33,495 nucleotides of DNA from the IMG/VR virus record IMGVR_UViG_3300042397_002089, positions 1-33,495 of that record; one strand, 5' to 3'. This document shows, in pieces, positions 1 through 10,900 of this stretch. Position 1 is the stretch's first letter, and every line of letters begins with the position of its first letter. Source of the stretch: a virus (Duplodnaviria; Caudoviricetes). A program made the translations under genes and the position numbers. The notes under the pieces are model-generated. The model was not told the origin of the DNA. It saw only the letters and a list, made by a program, of their open reading frames with translations, and searched no databases.

Positions 1-66
1 TCCGAGCCTCCATCTTCTGACTCACCCGGCCTGCTGACCAAGCTGAAATCAGCAATCGGTTTCTAA
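1..66 (+). CDS. 3' end of an upstream phage gene (partial)
   Basis: Frame 1 is open from the window edge (SEPPSSDSPGLLTKLKSAIGF*) to TAA at 64-66, co-oriented with the downstream genes. Confidence 0.45.
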   Translation, partial: SEPPSSDSPGLLTKLKSAIGF

Positions 67-85
67 TGAAAACCCAAGCAATCTC

Positions 86-355
86 ATGAGCATCGACGAA
101 GTGAAAAGCCAACGGGGTCTTAAAATGACCATAGGCGAGGCCGTCGCGGTCATTGCCTTGATTATCACGATCCTTTCAGGATTGAACGGATGGCTTGTCA
201 TTCCTGAAAAACTCCGCGGGGTCCAGGAGGAAAACTCCAGGCAGGATCAACGCATCACGGCAATGGAAACGATGGCTTACCAAAAGAGCGAGATCCTCGC
301 CAGGATCGACGAAAGAACGCGCAGGATTGAAGAGGCCGTCAAGATTACCCACTAA
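86..355 (+). CDS. Small membrane-anchored coiled-coil protein (holin/antiholin or XhlA-like)
   Basis: One hydrophobic helix (AVAVIALIITILSGLNGWLVI) followed by a coiled coil (LARIDERTRRIEE); abuts the 3TM holin. Confidence 0.6.
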   Translation: MSIDEVKSQRGLKMTIGEAVAVIALIITILSGLNGWLVIPEKLRGVQEENSRQDQRITAMETMAYQKSEILARIDERTRRIEEAVKITH

Positions 356-769
356 ATGACCTGGGACATTCCAGCCACCATCACGGCCGTCACCGAACTG
401 GTGAACAAGTTTGTCCCGGATAGGGACAAGCAGATCCAGTTGCAGAGCGAACTTGCCTCCAAGATGGCCGAAATCGAGGCCGCCCAACTTGCCTCCCAGG
501 CAGAAATCAACAAGATCGAGGCCGCTTCCAACTCCCTCTTTGTGAGCGGATGGAGGCCCTCCATCGGGTGGGTATGCTCCTTTGCGCTGGCCTATGCCTA
601 CCTCCTTCAGCCAACGGCTCTTTGGCTAATCGCTTTGAGCGGATCCAAGGCCACGCTTCCGGTCATCCCGACCGGGGATCTTTTCAACCTCACCCTGGCA
701 CTCCTTGGCCTGGCCGGCTGGAGATCCTTTGACAAGTTCAACGGAACCGCAACCAACAAGCTCAAATGA
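356..769 (+). CDS. Holin, GTA_holin_3TM-like family
   Basis: Characteristic EINKIEAAS..LFVSGWRPSIGWVC and LLGLAGWRSFDK motifs; hydrophobic segments. Confidence 0.85.
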   Translation: MTWDIPATITAVTELVNKFVPDRDKQIQLQSELASKMAEIEAAQLASQAEINKIEAASNSLFVSGWRPSIGWVCSFALAYAYLLQPTALWLIALSGSKATLPVIPTGDLFNLTLALLGLAGWRSFDKFNGTATNKLK

Positions 770-1698
770 CCCTCTCTGAACTCGCAACGCTCGTCTGTAC
801 CAAATGCCACAGGACGGACGATTCCTCGGTGGAGGAGGCCAAGACCTACCTGAAGTCCAGGTATCGGATGCTTTGGGACTCGCGCCCCTGGAGGGATTCC
901 ATCGGCATGATCTCCCTGGGATCTTCAAGTGTTTCCCAGGTCACGACCCTTCCGGCCATCGTTGATAGGGTGATGGCAATCCGTTGGGGAAGTGAATCGA
1001 ACCTTCTTCCCCAATCGCTAGGGGCCATCTTCCAGATTGATCCGGCTCTTTTTGATCGCACCGGAACGCCGGCGAGTTTTTCACTCATCGCCCCCTCAGG
1101 GGTGTCGTCATCCCCTGGTGGCAATCCGGTCTTTGTTTCCTCAAGTGACCCGTCAGCATCGTTCAAGGTTTCCATCCGCGGGGCGTTTAACGGGAATCCC
1201 AAGAGCGAAGTCATCCAGGTTGCAGGGACAAGCCAGGTTTCCAGCACTAGTAGCTACGATGAGATCTATTCCCTGAGCAAATCCTCCACGACATCCCCGC
1301 TTTCGGTCCTGGACTCCTCCCTGACCAATACCATCCTGAGCCTGGAATCCTGGGAAACCTCACGCTCCTTCCAGCGGATCCATTTCGATGTCATCCCCGA
1401 ATCAGCGGATTCCTGCCTGATCCTCTTCAAGCGGACCTTCAGGCCCCTGGTGAATGACTCCGATTCGCCGGAACTGACCGGGATCGACAACGCACTCCTG
1501 GCAAGCGCCATCGCGGACATGCTGGAAGGCCAGCGCCAGTACGGGAAAGCCCAAATCAAGATGCAGGAGGCCTCCATGATGGCAACTCAGATGGCCGACA
1601 TGGAGCGCCATCAGAGCGCTTCAGCCTCCCAACTCATCCCCTGGGATGCGGCAATGGCTCCCGATTACTACGCCACGACAAGCTACCTCATCCCCTAA
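766..1698 (+). CDS. Putative head-tail adaptor (P22 gp4 / tail tubular A-like position)
   Basis: N-terminal MTLSELATLV helix and C-terminal LVNDSDSPEL..DNALL..A pattern typical of podovirus adaptors; lies just before the hub gene. Confidence 0.6.
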   Translation: MTLSELATLVCTKCHRTDDSSVEEAKTYLKSRYRMLWDSRPWRDSIGMISLGSSSVSQVTTLPAIVDRVMAIRWGSESNLLPQSLGAIFQIDPALFDRTGTPASFSLIAPSGVSSSPGGNPVFVSSSDPSASFKVSIRGAFNGNPKSEVIQVAGTSQVSSTSSYDEIYSLSKSSTTSPLSVLDSSLTNTILSLESWETSRSFQRIHFDVIPESADSCLILFKRTFRPLVNDSDSPELTGIDNALLASAIADMLEGQRQYGKAQIKMQEASMMATQMADMERHQSASASQLIPWDAAMAPDYYATTSYLIP

Positions 1699-1701
1699 GC
1701 G

Positions 1702-3276
1702 ATGCCGGCTTTCTTCAACGACGCCCAGGACGATCCCCTGATTTACGACGCTTGCCAGTCGTTTTCAGGCGGCCAGGTTAGCTTCCAGAAGGCAACCATC
1801 CTGAACCCCAACGAGGCGGCCGTCATCGCTGACTTCGGGATTTCCGTCAACGGGGAACTCAAGAAACGCCGGGGATCCAGGCTTGTCGGGGGGAACCTTG
1901 CGTCCACCAGGATCCAGAACATCCTTTGGTATGATGTCGCATCCGGGGCCGACCGGCTTGTGGCCCTGGCCGGAGGGAACGCAAGATCCCTTTCAGGTTC
2001 AACCTGGGGATCCCTCTTCACGGGGGGGATCTCTGACGCCGCGGAGGTCGTGGATTGCGTCCAACTCACGGACAGGATTTATTTCACCGGGAGCAATTTC
2101 TCAGGCATCAAGGCTTGGGACGGGACGGCCGTCTCCACAATCTCTGTTGGAACGGGTATCACCCCGGCATGCCTCACGCGCCAGGGAACAAGGCTTGTGG
2201 CAAGCGCCGCACCAGGAGCGCCCGACGCCCTCTTTTTCTCAAAGCTACTGGACGGGGCCACCTGGTCTGGATTGACAAGTTGCGGCCAACTCAACATCGG
2301 TAACGGGAGCGGTGATCCCATCGTGGGGCACATTCCCTGGCAGGACAGCGGGATCCTCGTCTGCACTCGCAACGCCACTTGGCTAGTGGACGCTCCGGCC
2401 TACGACCCTTCCACCGGAGGGGCAATGGATATTTCCAGGTTTCAGATCAAACTCGTCCATTCCTCCATCGGTTGCGTCTCGCGCAAAACCATGTGCCAGG
2501 TGGGCCAGGACATCTGGTTCCTCTCCACGGCCGGCGTGATGAGCGCCCAAAAGCAACTGGCGACATCCAACAACCAAATCACCATCCCGGCCTCTCAGCC
2601 GGTTCAGGATGTCATCAACCGGATCCGGTGGGATTACGCCTACAAGGCCACGGCCGTTTTTCACAACAACTGCTACATGATTTCCGTCCCGGTGGAATCC
2701 ACCGAGCCGAACACGATCCTGAGCTACAACACGCTGACCCAATCCTGGACCACGATCACCGGATGGAATGTCTCCTGCTTCAGCAAGCAACCCTACAACG
2801 GGGCAAGCCGGCTACTCTACGGCACGACCGACGGGTTTGTGAAGGAATGGCTGGACTACGAACCCAGCGACACGACGGATTCCTACCTGGAGAACGGCCA
2901 GGAGTTTAACTCAACGCTCAGGACAAGGGGCATCACCTTCAACGATCCCATCAGTCCCAAAAGCGGGTTTTACCTCGAAATCGAATACGTCCTCTCGACG
3001 GCCGCCTTCACCATCAACGCGATCCTGGACGGGTCAGAAGACGTTAGCACTCTCCTTTCATCCGTCTCAGGAATCACCGACACGATCACGCTCCCGGCCG
3101 ATCTTCCCTTCTCATTCCCATCCACCACGGGGTGGGTCAGGAAACGGATCCCCCTGCACCAACTGGGATCATTCCGGGATCTCCAGTTAGAAATCATCTG
3201 CACTTCCGGATCCCTGAACCTCAGGAGCATCACCCTCTCCGGATTCATGGACACCATCGAACTCCTCAGCAACTAA
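1702..3276 (+). CDS. Putative tail hub/nozzle (P22 gp10 / tail tubular B-like beta-propeller)
   Basis: FSGG...N...GELKKRRG start, IGCVS..T..QVG..IWFLS..GV motif, beta-rich; synteny between adaptor and ejection genes. Confidence 0.75.
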   Translation: MPAFFNDAQDDPLIYDACQSFSGGQVSFQKATILNPNEAAVIADFGISVNGELKKRRGSRLVGGNLASTRIQNILWYDVASGADRLVALAGGNARSLSGSTWGSLFTGGISDAAEVVDCVQLTDRIYFTGSNFSGIKAWDGTAVSTISVGTGITPACLTRQGTRLVASAAPGAPDALFFSKLLDGATWSGLTSCGQLNIGNGSGDPIVGHIPWQDSGILVCTRNATWLVDAPAYDPSTGGAMDISRFQIKLVHSSIGCVSRKTMCQVGQDIWFLSTAGVMSAQKQLATSNNQITIPASQPVQDVINRIRWDYAYKATAVFHNNCYMISVPVESTEPNTILSYNTLTQSWTTITGWNVSCFSKQPYNGASRLLYGTTDGFVKEWLDYEPSDTTDSYLENGQEFNSTLRTRGITFNDPISPKSGFYLEIEYVLSTAAFTINAILDGSEDVSTLLSSVSGITDTITLPADLPFSFPSTTGWVRKRIPLHQLGSFRDLQLEIICTSGSLNLRSITLSGFMDTIELLSN

Positions 3277-3282
3277 ACCATC

Positions 3283-4086
3283 ATGGCCGACAACGCATCC
3301 AACTACTATCCCTACAAGGAACCCGATTACGACAAGGCCGCCCAGGCCATGTTGAACCTGGGGCCTCAGTTCGCACGGCAAAACTTCAACCTCCAGAAGA
3401 AGTATTCTGGCAAATATGCCCAACTGGCCGCGGACACCAACGCCCAATACGCTCCCCAAAACACTCAGAACTTTCTGGATTCCATCAACCAGGCGGACCC
3501 TGAGTTCCTGAAGGTTCGCAATGCCCTGGGGGCGCAAGTGGCTCAGGGCCTCAAGGATGGCTACTCCCTTGGGGATGACCTTTCTAGCCAGGTGGAACAG
3601 GACGCCAGGGCCGCCCAAACGGCCAGGGGCAACTGGTATGGTCCAGCACCAACAGCCGACGAGGCGTTTCAGAAGGCCGGGGCAAGACTCAACCTCTACA
3701 ACCAGAGGCAACAGGCCGCCACCAACTTCCTGCAATCCAGGGGGGCCGGCGACCTCTTCGCTCAGTATAGCCAGACGATGCCGTATGCTCCGAGCGCATC
3801 CATCCCCCAGGTTGCGGCAACCACGTTCCCCCAGATAGGCGCGGCCATCAACCAGGCCAATCAACTCTATCAGAACCAGTTCGACAACTTCCTCTACAAC
3901 ACCTCCGTTGCAAACGGCCTCTACAATCCCCTGAGTTCGGGGATGAGTGGTGGAGGAATGGGAGGCATGGCAACGGGCATCCTAGCTGGCGCGGCATCAG
4001 GCGCTCAGGCGGGATCCGTGGCCGGACCTAAGGGCATGGCCGCTGGAGCAATCATTGGCGGGATACAGGGGGCCTTCTCACGCTAA
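3283..4086 (+). CDS. Putative internal virion / DNA ejection protein
   Basis: Q/A/N-rich helical body with a C-terminal glycine zipper (GILAGAASGAQAG..GAIIGG); first of three genes after the hub. Confidence 0.6.
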   Translation: MADNASNYYPYKEPDYDKAAQAMLNLGPQFARQNFNLQKKYSGKYAQLAADTNAQYAPQNTQNFLDSINQADPEFLKVRNALGAQVAQGLKDGYSLGDDLSSQVEQDARAAQTARGNWYGPAPTADEAFQKAGARLNLYNQRQQAATNFLQSRGAGDLFAQYSQTMPYAPSASIPQVAATTFPQIGAAINQANQLYQNQFDNFLYNTSVANGLYNPLSSGMSGGGMGGMATGILAGAASGAQAGSVAGPKGMAAGAIIGGIQGAFSR

Positions 4087-4105
4087 CACTCAACAAATCA
4101 AAATC

Positions 4106-4921
4106 ATGGCAAACCCAGGATACATGTTCACCGAGATGCTGATGGGCAAACAGGCCCGTCAGGCGGCGCTTGACCAGCAAGCCGCGGAGTTCAAAGCAAG
4201 GCAGGGGCAACGGAACCTCGAAACCTCAATGGGGGCGATGCAGTCCCTTGGCAACACGCTCAAGGGACTCAAGCAGGATTCCATTGCCAACAACCTGATG
4301 AACCAACAGGACCCGTCCACCCCCCATACCGGAGGGATGGACGAGATGAAGTTGAACCTTGCGATGGATGCCAATCGGAGGGCAAATCTCGCAAACCAAC
4401 TTTCCCAGCAACGCCTTGACCTTTCAGCCCAACGGATCCAGTCGGCTCAAGACCGCAATCAGATTGCTTCGGCCAACGCCGCGGCCAGGACGACAAGCCA
4501 GGATTTCCGAAACAAGATGAACGGGTCCATGTCCTACTTCAAGACCCTGGGCGTCTATCAGAAGGCAGTCGATAACGCCATTACTGCCGGGGATCAAAAC
4601 GCCTACATGCAAGCCGCCCAATCCATTCAGGGCCTCTATCATGGGGCCGTTGCCAATGGACTGAAATCCATCCAGGAACCACTCATCCCGGACTTCGCAC
4701 CGGCCGTTCCAGAAACAACGACCGGAGGCATCTTCGGGTTCGGAGCAACCAAGGTTCCAGCCAAACCGGCCATCAAGGCCCCTCCTTACAACGAGGGAGC
4801 GGGTTCCGGAATGCGGACACCCTCCCAACGATCCATTGACGCACTCATTCAAGACCCATCCCTGGCCGATCAGTTTGATGCGACCTACGGAGCCGGAGCC
4901 TCTTCCCAATACCTTCAATAA
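4106..4921 (+). CDS. Putative internal virion / DNA ejection protein
   Basis: ATG at 4106 after an A/C-rich leader (preferred over 4055); Q/A-rich coiled coil; C-terminal IDAL..DP....QFDATYGAGA motif; TAATG-coupled to the giant gene. Confidence 0.6.
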   Translation: MANPGYMFTEMLMGKQARQAALDQQAAEFKARQGQRNLETSMGAMQSLGNTLKGLKQDSIANNLMNQQDPSTPHTGGMDEMKLNLAMDANRRANLANQLSQQRLDLSAQRIQSAQDRNQIASANAAARTTSQDFRNKMNGSMSYFKTLGVYQKAVDNAITAGDQNAYMQAAQSIQGLYHGAVANGLKSIQEPLIPDFAPAVPETTTGGIFGFGATKVPAKPAIKAPPYNEGAGSGMRTPSQRSIDALIQDPSLADQFDATYGAGASSQYLQ

Positions 4922-7900
4922 TGTCCCTCTTTGACGACCTCGACGCACAGAACGAAGTAGAGAAATCGCCTTACACGCAACCCTTCAACCAAGGGAATGT
5001 GGTTGTGGGGCCTGATGGTGAAGACCTCTCTTTGCCTCCCAATACCGGGGCCGCCAACCTTTACGGGGGGGCGACACCCCCTGCTTCCCCCTCCCCTCGT
5101 CCCAAGAAAAACATCTTCCTGGAACTGGATGCGATGGAGGAAAATCGGGGGCCGGTTGAAGGAACCGGCGACGGGGACGCACAAGCCCCTTCCATGATGC
5201 CGAAGCGCAGGATGATCCCGGTGGGATCGGTCAACCCCTTCGATAAGCTCGACGGGATCCTTCAGCCAACCGACGACCTTCCCCAGGTCCGGGATTCCGT
5301 AGCCGATTCCATCGGCCTTCAGCGATGGAGGGATGTCAACGACGGGACGGAAATCCGCCGCGCCCAACCGGCCACCAAGAGCATTCCTGAACAGGGATCC
5401 GAAATGCCTTCATGGGCCGGCCGCAATCCCTTTGAAACAGGTCTTAGGGAGTTTGCTACGGCCGCATCCACCTCCACGGACAATGCCCTGGCCGGGGCCA
5501 TGCGCGCCACCGCAGGACAGATCCAGTCCAACACAAGCCTAGCCAAAGAGAAGCTTGCCGGACTGGAGGCCAGCCTTGCCAAGGCCCAGGAAACAGGGGA
5601 TCAGAATGAGATCCAGATGTTTTCAAGGGACATCGACTCTGCACGGAAGGAAGTCGCTAGCCTTGAACAGGCCGACCAGGAAGCCGCCACCGGAACGGGT
5701 CCGCTTGATAAGATCCGCCGAGCCGTCCGCGGATTCGACCAGGGGGCCAAGGAGGCCCTTCAGAAGGGGGCCGAGTTCTTCACCGAAAAGGCCAAGAGTG
5801 ACAGGGAGTTTTACGACACCAAGCCCAACGACACCTCTGCATCCGCCCAGGTAGGAAGGGGCCTTGGAAGTGTCGCCTCCATGACTCCCACGATGGTTGT
5901 CCCCGGAGGGGCTGGCCTTGCCATCGTCGCTCTTCAAGGGGCCTCCGCCAGTTACAACGAGGCCTATGAGGCCACCAGGGAACAACTCCAGAAGGCCGGC
6001 GTCAGCGATGAGAAGACCATTGATGATGCCTCAAGCCAGGCTGGATCCACGGCCGCAACCAAGACTTTCCCGGCATTGGCCGCCTACATGGTGGGTGGCA
6101 AGATCACGGCCGCCGGAGTCTCTGCTCTTCTGAAGGGGGCCGCTCCCCTGGTGAAGGGAATTGTCGGCGGGACGGCCGCGGCGGGAGCCAACGTGATCAC
6201 TTCGGCCGGGATCCGTACCGCTGAAGGGGAAGACTGGAGGCCGACCATCGAGGGAACCACCCAGGACGTTGCCTTTGGAGCGATTCATGGGGCCGGCGAA
6301 TACAACCAGGCCAAAGTCACCCGTGAGCAAGAGGCCCAACGCTTCAACGAGAACCCTGGACAAACACGTTCTTTCCCCGGCGATAACTCGCAGAATCGAC
6401 AAAATCCCGTCGGAAACGCCCCGAAACCTCCTCAAGACCCCTCGAAACCGGCCGCGGATGGCAATGATTGGACGACGGCCACGGATCCGGAAGAAGGAGA
6501 GGCACAGACCCCGATTGCTCCGGATCGTCAGGATGCGCCGGTCCCCTCCCCTGAACCGACCAGAACCGAACCCCCCATTGAACAGAAGATCACTCCAACG
6601 CCATCAGAAGAGGCGATGCAAAAGCACGGGCTGGCCTGGGCAGATCCCAAAACCCTGAAGCTTTCCGAGGATGTCCCCAACTTCAAGGAAGGGGCAGATG
6701 AAAAGACCGGCATCGTGGAGGCGGATCGCCTCAAGGGGAAATACGATCCTGAGGCGGCCGGGATCCTGCATGTATGGGAGCGCCTGGATGGAAAGCGCGA
6801 GATCATTTCCGGCCGTCACCGCTGGCAACTGGCCCTGGAAAACAACACTCCGGAAGTCCTTGTCAAAATCCACCGCGAGGCGGATGGTTTCACCAAGGAA
6901 GACGCACTAACCAAAGATGCCCAACTCAACATCAAAGATGAAAAAGGAACTACTAAGGACTTCGCGGCCTACTTCCGCAACGACCCAATCACTAGAGAAG
7001 AAGCTGAAGCGGGAGGCCTTCTTTCAAGGGTTAAGCAAAAGGCCGGCTTCGAGATCGGCCGCTATTCTTCGGGAGATCTCTACGGACTCTTCAGCGCTGG
7101 AAAGATCAGCGAGGCCAAAGCGGCCGCAATAGCCAGGACCGCTCCGAACAACGACGGCCTACAACGGGCCGGCATGGATGCCGCTGGCCGCATGTCCGCG
7201 GAGGAGATCCCAGGATTCCTGAAGCTTCTAGAACAATCCAAAGGCCCCCAGGAGGTCCAGGCCGGCCTTTTCGGCGATGATGATTCAGCGATCCAGGACA
7301 GCATCCGGATTTCCAAGGCGGCCGCTAAGAAGGCCGAGGAACTGCAGGAGCAGATCCTAGCGGTCAAAGGAGCATCCAAACGCCCGGAGGCCGCGGCCAA
7401 GCTTGGGGTCAACGTGAAGGATCCGGAAGGACTTCAGAAGAAGATCCTGGATCTTTCCATGCAACGGGAGCGCTACCGCAATTTCTGGCAACACCCTGAG
7501 ATCATTCAGGAGCTTTCCGGCAAGGCAACCGCTCCTGAGGAAGCCGCCGCAATACCGGAGGCCACTACCCCGACCATCGAGAGGAACGGGGAAGGCAACC
7601 TTTTCGGTGAAGAGGAAATGCCGTTCAACCTTTCGGGAGAGGTGGACAAGACAAGCCTCACCCCTGAAGAACAGAGGGCAAAGGCCCTGGACGAGGCAAT
7701 GGCCGCGGAGAACGAACAGAACCAGGGAAGCCTTTTCGATGAGCCAAAAGGTGTCGCAAAGATCACGGGTGACAACATCAAGGCGTTTCATGGATCCAGG
7801 TCCAATGAGCGGTTTAGCGCTTTTTCTGAAGGCCGCGATGGATTTACTTACTTCACATCAGATAAGAAATCTGCCGAAAGGTATGCAAATCCTATGGGTG

Positions 7901-10900
7901 GGACTGAGAAGACAGCGGGGGTTTACGATGTATCGCTTAAAATCCAAAATCCAAAGATTTACCGGGAATCTAATTCTGAAGAGTTTGAGGCATTTACAAA
8001 TAGAAATATCACCCTGGAGCCTGGTAGGGATGCGGCAATCCTGGTTGATAAGAATGGGAACCCTACCGATTATGCGATCCCTAATAGCCACATTGAAAAC
8101 ATAAGGATTACAGGATCACGGGAAGATGGCATGGAGATGGGCCTGGATGTTTCCAAGCGAGAACAGGCCCCGGAAGAAGTAACGCCCAATACCCGAACGA
8201 TTAGCCGGGATTACAATGGCTATCCCAAGGGAACCCAGGTGGAAATCATCGGGAAAGCAAGCAAGGATCCATTAAGCACCGAGCTACAAATACGCTTCCC
8301 AGACGGGAAAACGGATCGCATCCCTGAAGCTTGGTTGAAGAAACCCAAAACCGCGGGAACCAAACCAAAGCAAACCCTCCCCCAACTTCTCAAGGAAAAG
8401 GGAAGGGATGCTGTGAATGAACTTCTAGGTGAGTGGAACGACGCTGAATTAAGCGCTGATGGCACTTATATCATGGGCGTCGTTGACCCTAGATCGTCCA
8501 TGAAGCCGGAGCGCATACCGGTCAGGGAGTTTCTGGACTGGTTGCAGGATAAAGAATCCCAACCATCCGAAACACCTACCGAGGAAGCCAAGCAAACCGG
8601 CGAGATTTCTGAGGAGTATGATTCCCTGGATAAGAGCATCCAGGTCCGCTACGGGGAAACACCCCTTGGCATTCCAGAGTATCGTCAGATTGCCAGGGCC
8701 TTCATGTCCGGGGAACTTGCGCCTGAATCGGGCGTTCGTGTCACCCTGAAGGACGGAACTGAGTTTGACGGGGTGATGAAGGAATCCCAGGGAATGCCTT
8801 GGATTTCAGAGAACGGATCCGTCCGGCTCTCCTTCTATACCCCGGAGCATCTTGAGAGCATCGAAAGCATCCGCGTCACCAGGTCCGCGTCCGACGCCAT
8901 TGCCGAGAAGCTGGAGCGGAAGTATGGGGAGATCGCCTACACCCAACCTGAAACCAGGGAGGACTACGAGCGGACGCTCAAGGGTCTTGCCACTCAGATC
9001 AGGAAGGCCAGGGAAGAATCTGAGGGAGGAAGTAACGTCATAAGGTATCTTCAATTAGATGCTCAGTTCGACAAGGTTGCCGATGAGATCCAGCTAGCCA
9101 AAAACAAGAGGGCCTACATCAAAAAGTATCCAGGAAGCTACGCTGAAGGGATTCCTTTTCCTCGCCGGCCTTGGCACAATAACGATGCCGCGGATCAGAA
9201 CTACTCAATCCCCAAACCCTCTGATTTTGACCCGGATCCTGAAGTCAGAAAGAAGCGATCCGCCCCCCATCCTGGCAACTCTGAAACCCTTGCCCAACTC
9301 AAGGATTCCATCCTGCGGGCCGAGTCGGATATTTACTCAAAGAGACTCAGCGGGGAACGCAAGGCGCGCCTTGAGGGGATCATCGAGAGGCGCAAAGAAC
9401 AGATTGAAAAAGGCGACTACTACGAGAAGCGCCTTGAGGCCTGGAATAAGGAGCAGGGGACTCAGGAAACAAATCCAGAGGAGAGAGGTTCCAATACTGA
9501 GGAACCCGGAAAGCCGTTCCCCACTACCAAGGAAGAGGTTCAATCTCAGTTGGATTCCCTTTCAGAGAAGCGCCAGCAAGAATCTGAAGAGGCCGTTAAG
9601 ACCATTGACCAAAAGATTGAAGAGGCCACAACACCTGAAGAGGTCAACAGCCTGATAAAAGAGGCCAAGGAAATTGCGGAGAAGCGCTATCGATCCAAAG
9701 CGAGGCAATCCGACAAGGACCAATACCTAAAACGGATCGGCATCAAAGCATCCGTTAAAAAGAAAGGACTTGAAGACTTCGGTGAAAAGATCGGCGGAGC
9801 CAGGAAGGACACCGCAACCAAGGGAGGACGCGGGGCATCCAAGCCCCAGGATGATCGTCCGGGATGGGCAAGGCGCTATGAGATCCTCCAAATCCAGGCA
9901 GAAACATCCATTGGAGGAGGAAAGGAAATTGATCCATTCCTGAAAGGCCGGTGGATCATCCGTGACCTTCGGAACCTGGATTGGATGAAGCAACCCAAGC
10001 GAGTCGGCCGCGAAACCTATGCGACTAAGGAAGAAGCCGAAAAGATCGTCCCGCTGATTGCCGTAGCCAGGAACCATTCCGTCAGGATGGTGTCCAAGGG
10101 TGAGGAAAAACCCGCTTTCCAGATATGGAGGAAGGTGACGGATCGAAAGATGATCCAGGTCATCAAGGAGGATTTCCCAACCAGGGAGGCCGCGATGGAC
10201 TACATGGCAAAGAATGCCAAGGACATCATCGAGGCCAAGACGGCCTGGAGAGAGGAACTGATCGTCAAACCTGAAAACGCAACTCGCACAGGAACCGAGC
10301 GCCGCCAGGGGCCGGCCACTCCTGAGATGTTCCAAGAGACGTTCGGATTCCGCGGGGTGGAGTTTGGAAACTGGATGAAGCAGGACACCGGATCCCTTGA
10401 GCGCCAGGAGGTTCTTAACAATGCCTACGATGGCTTGAAAGACCTGGCCGAGATCCTGGGAGTTCCCGACAAGGCGCTTTCCCTTAACGGGGATCTTGGC
10501 CTGGCCTTCGGAGCGAGAGGCCAGGGCCTCATTGGAGCAAAGGCCCACTATGAACCGGATTACGGAGTCATCAATCTCACCAAGATGAGCGGGGCAGGCT
10601 CCCTTGCCCACGAATGGTTCCATGCTTTCGATCACTACCTTGCCAGACTTGATTCCAAAGCATCGGGATCCAGGGAGGCGAACGACACCGGGGATCTTAC
10701 CTACAAGAATCGCGGTTATGTCTCTGAGGGATTCAGCAGAAACTCCCAGGTCCGCCCTGAAGTCATCGAGGCCTTTGATTCCCTGATGAAGACGATGCGG
10801 ACCAAGGCCGTCCAATTTATTGAGGACAGCAAGAAGGCCGAGGATTTTGTTGAAAGCACCAAGAAGCGCCTAGCTGATAAACTCGTTGAACTTCGCAGGA

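Noticed and set aside
9727-10815. 362-aa minus-strand ORF and other long antisense ORFs (e.g. 16499-17269, 18901-19614, 24920-25564)
   Set aside because: Shadow ORFs of GC-rich coding strands with no recognisable motifs
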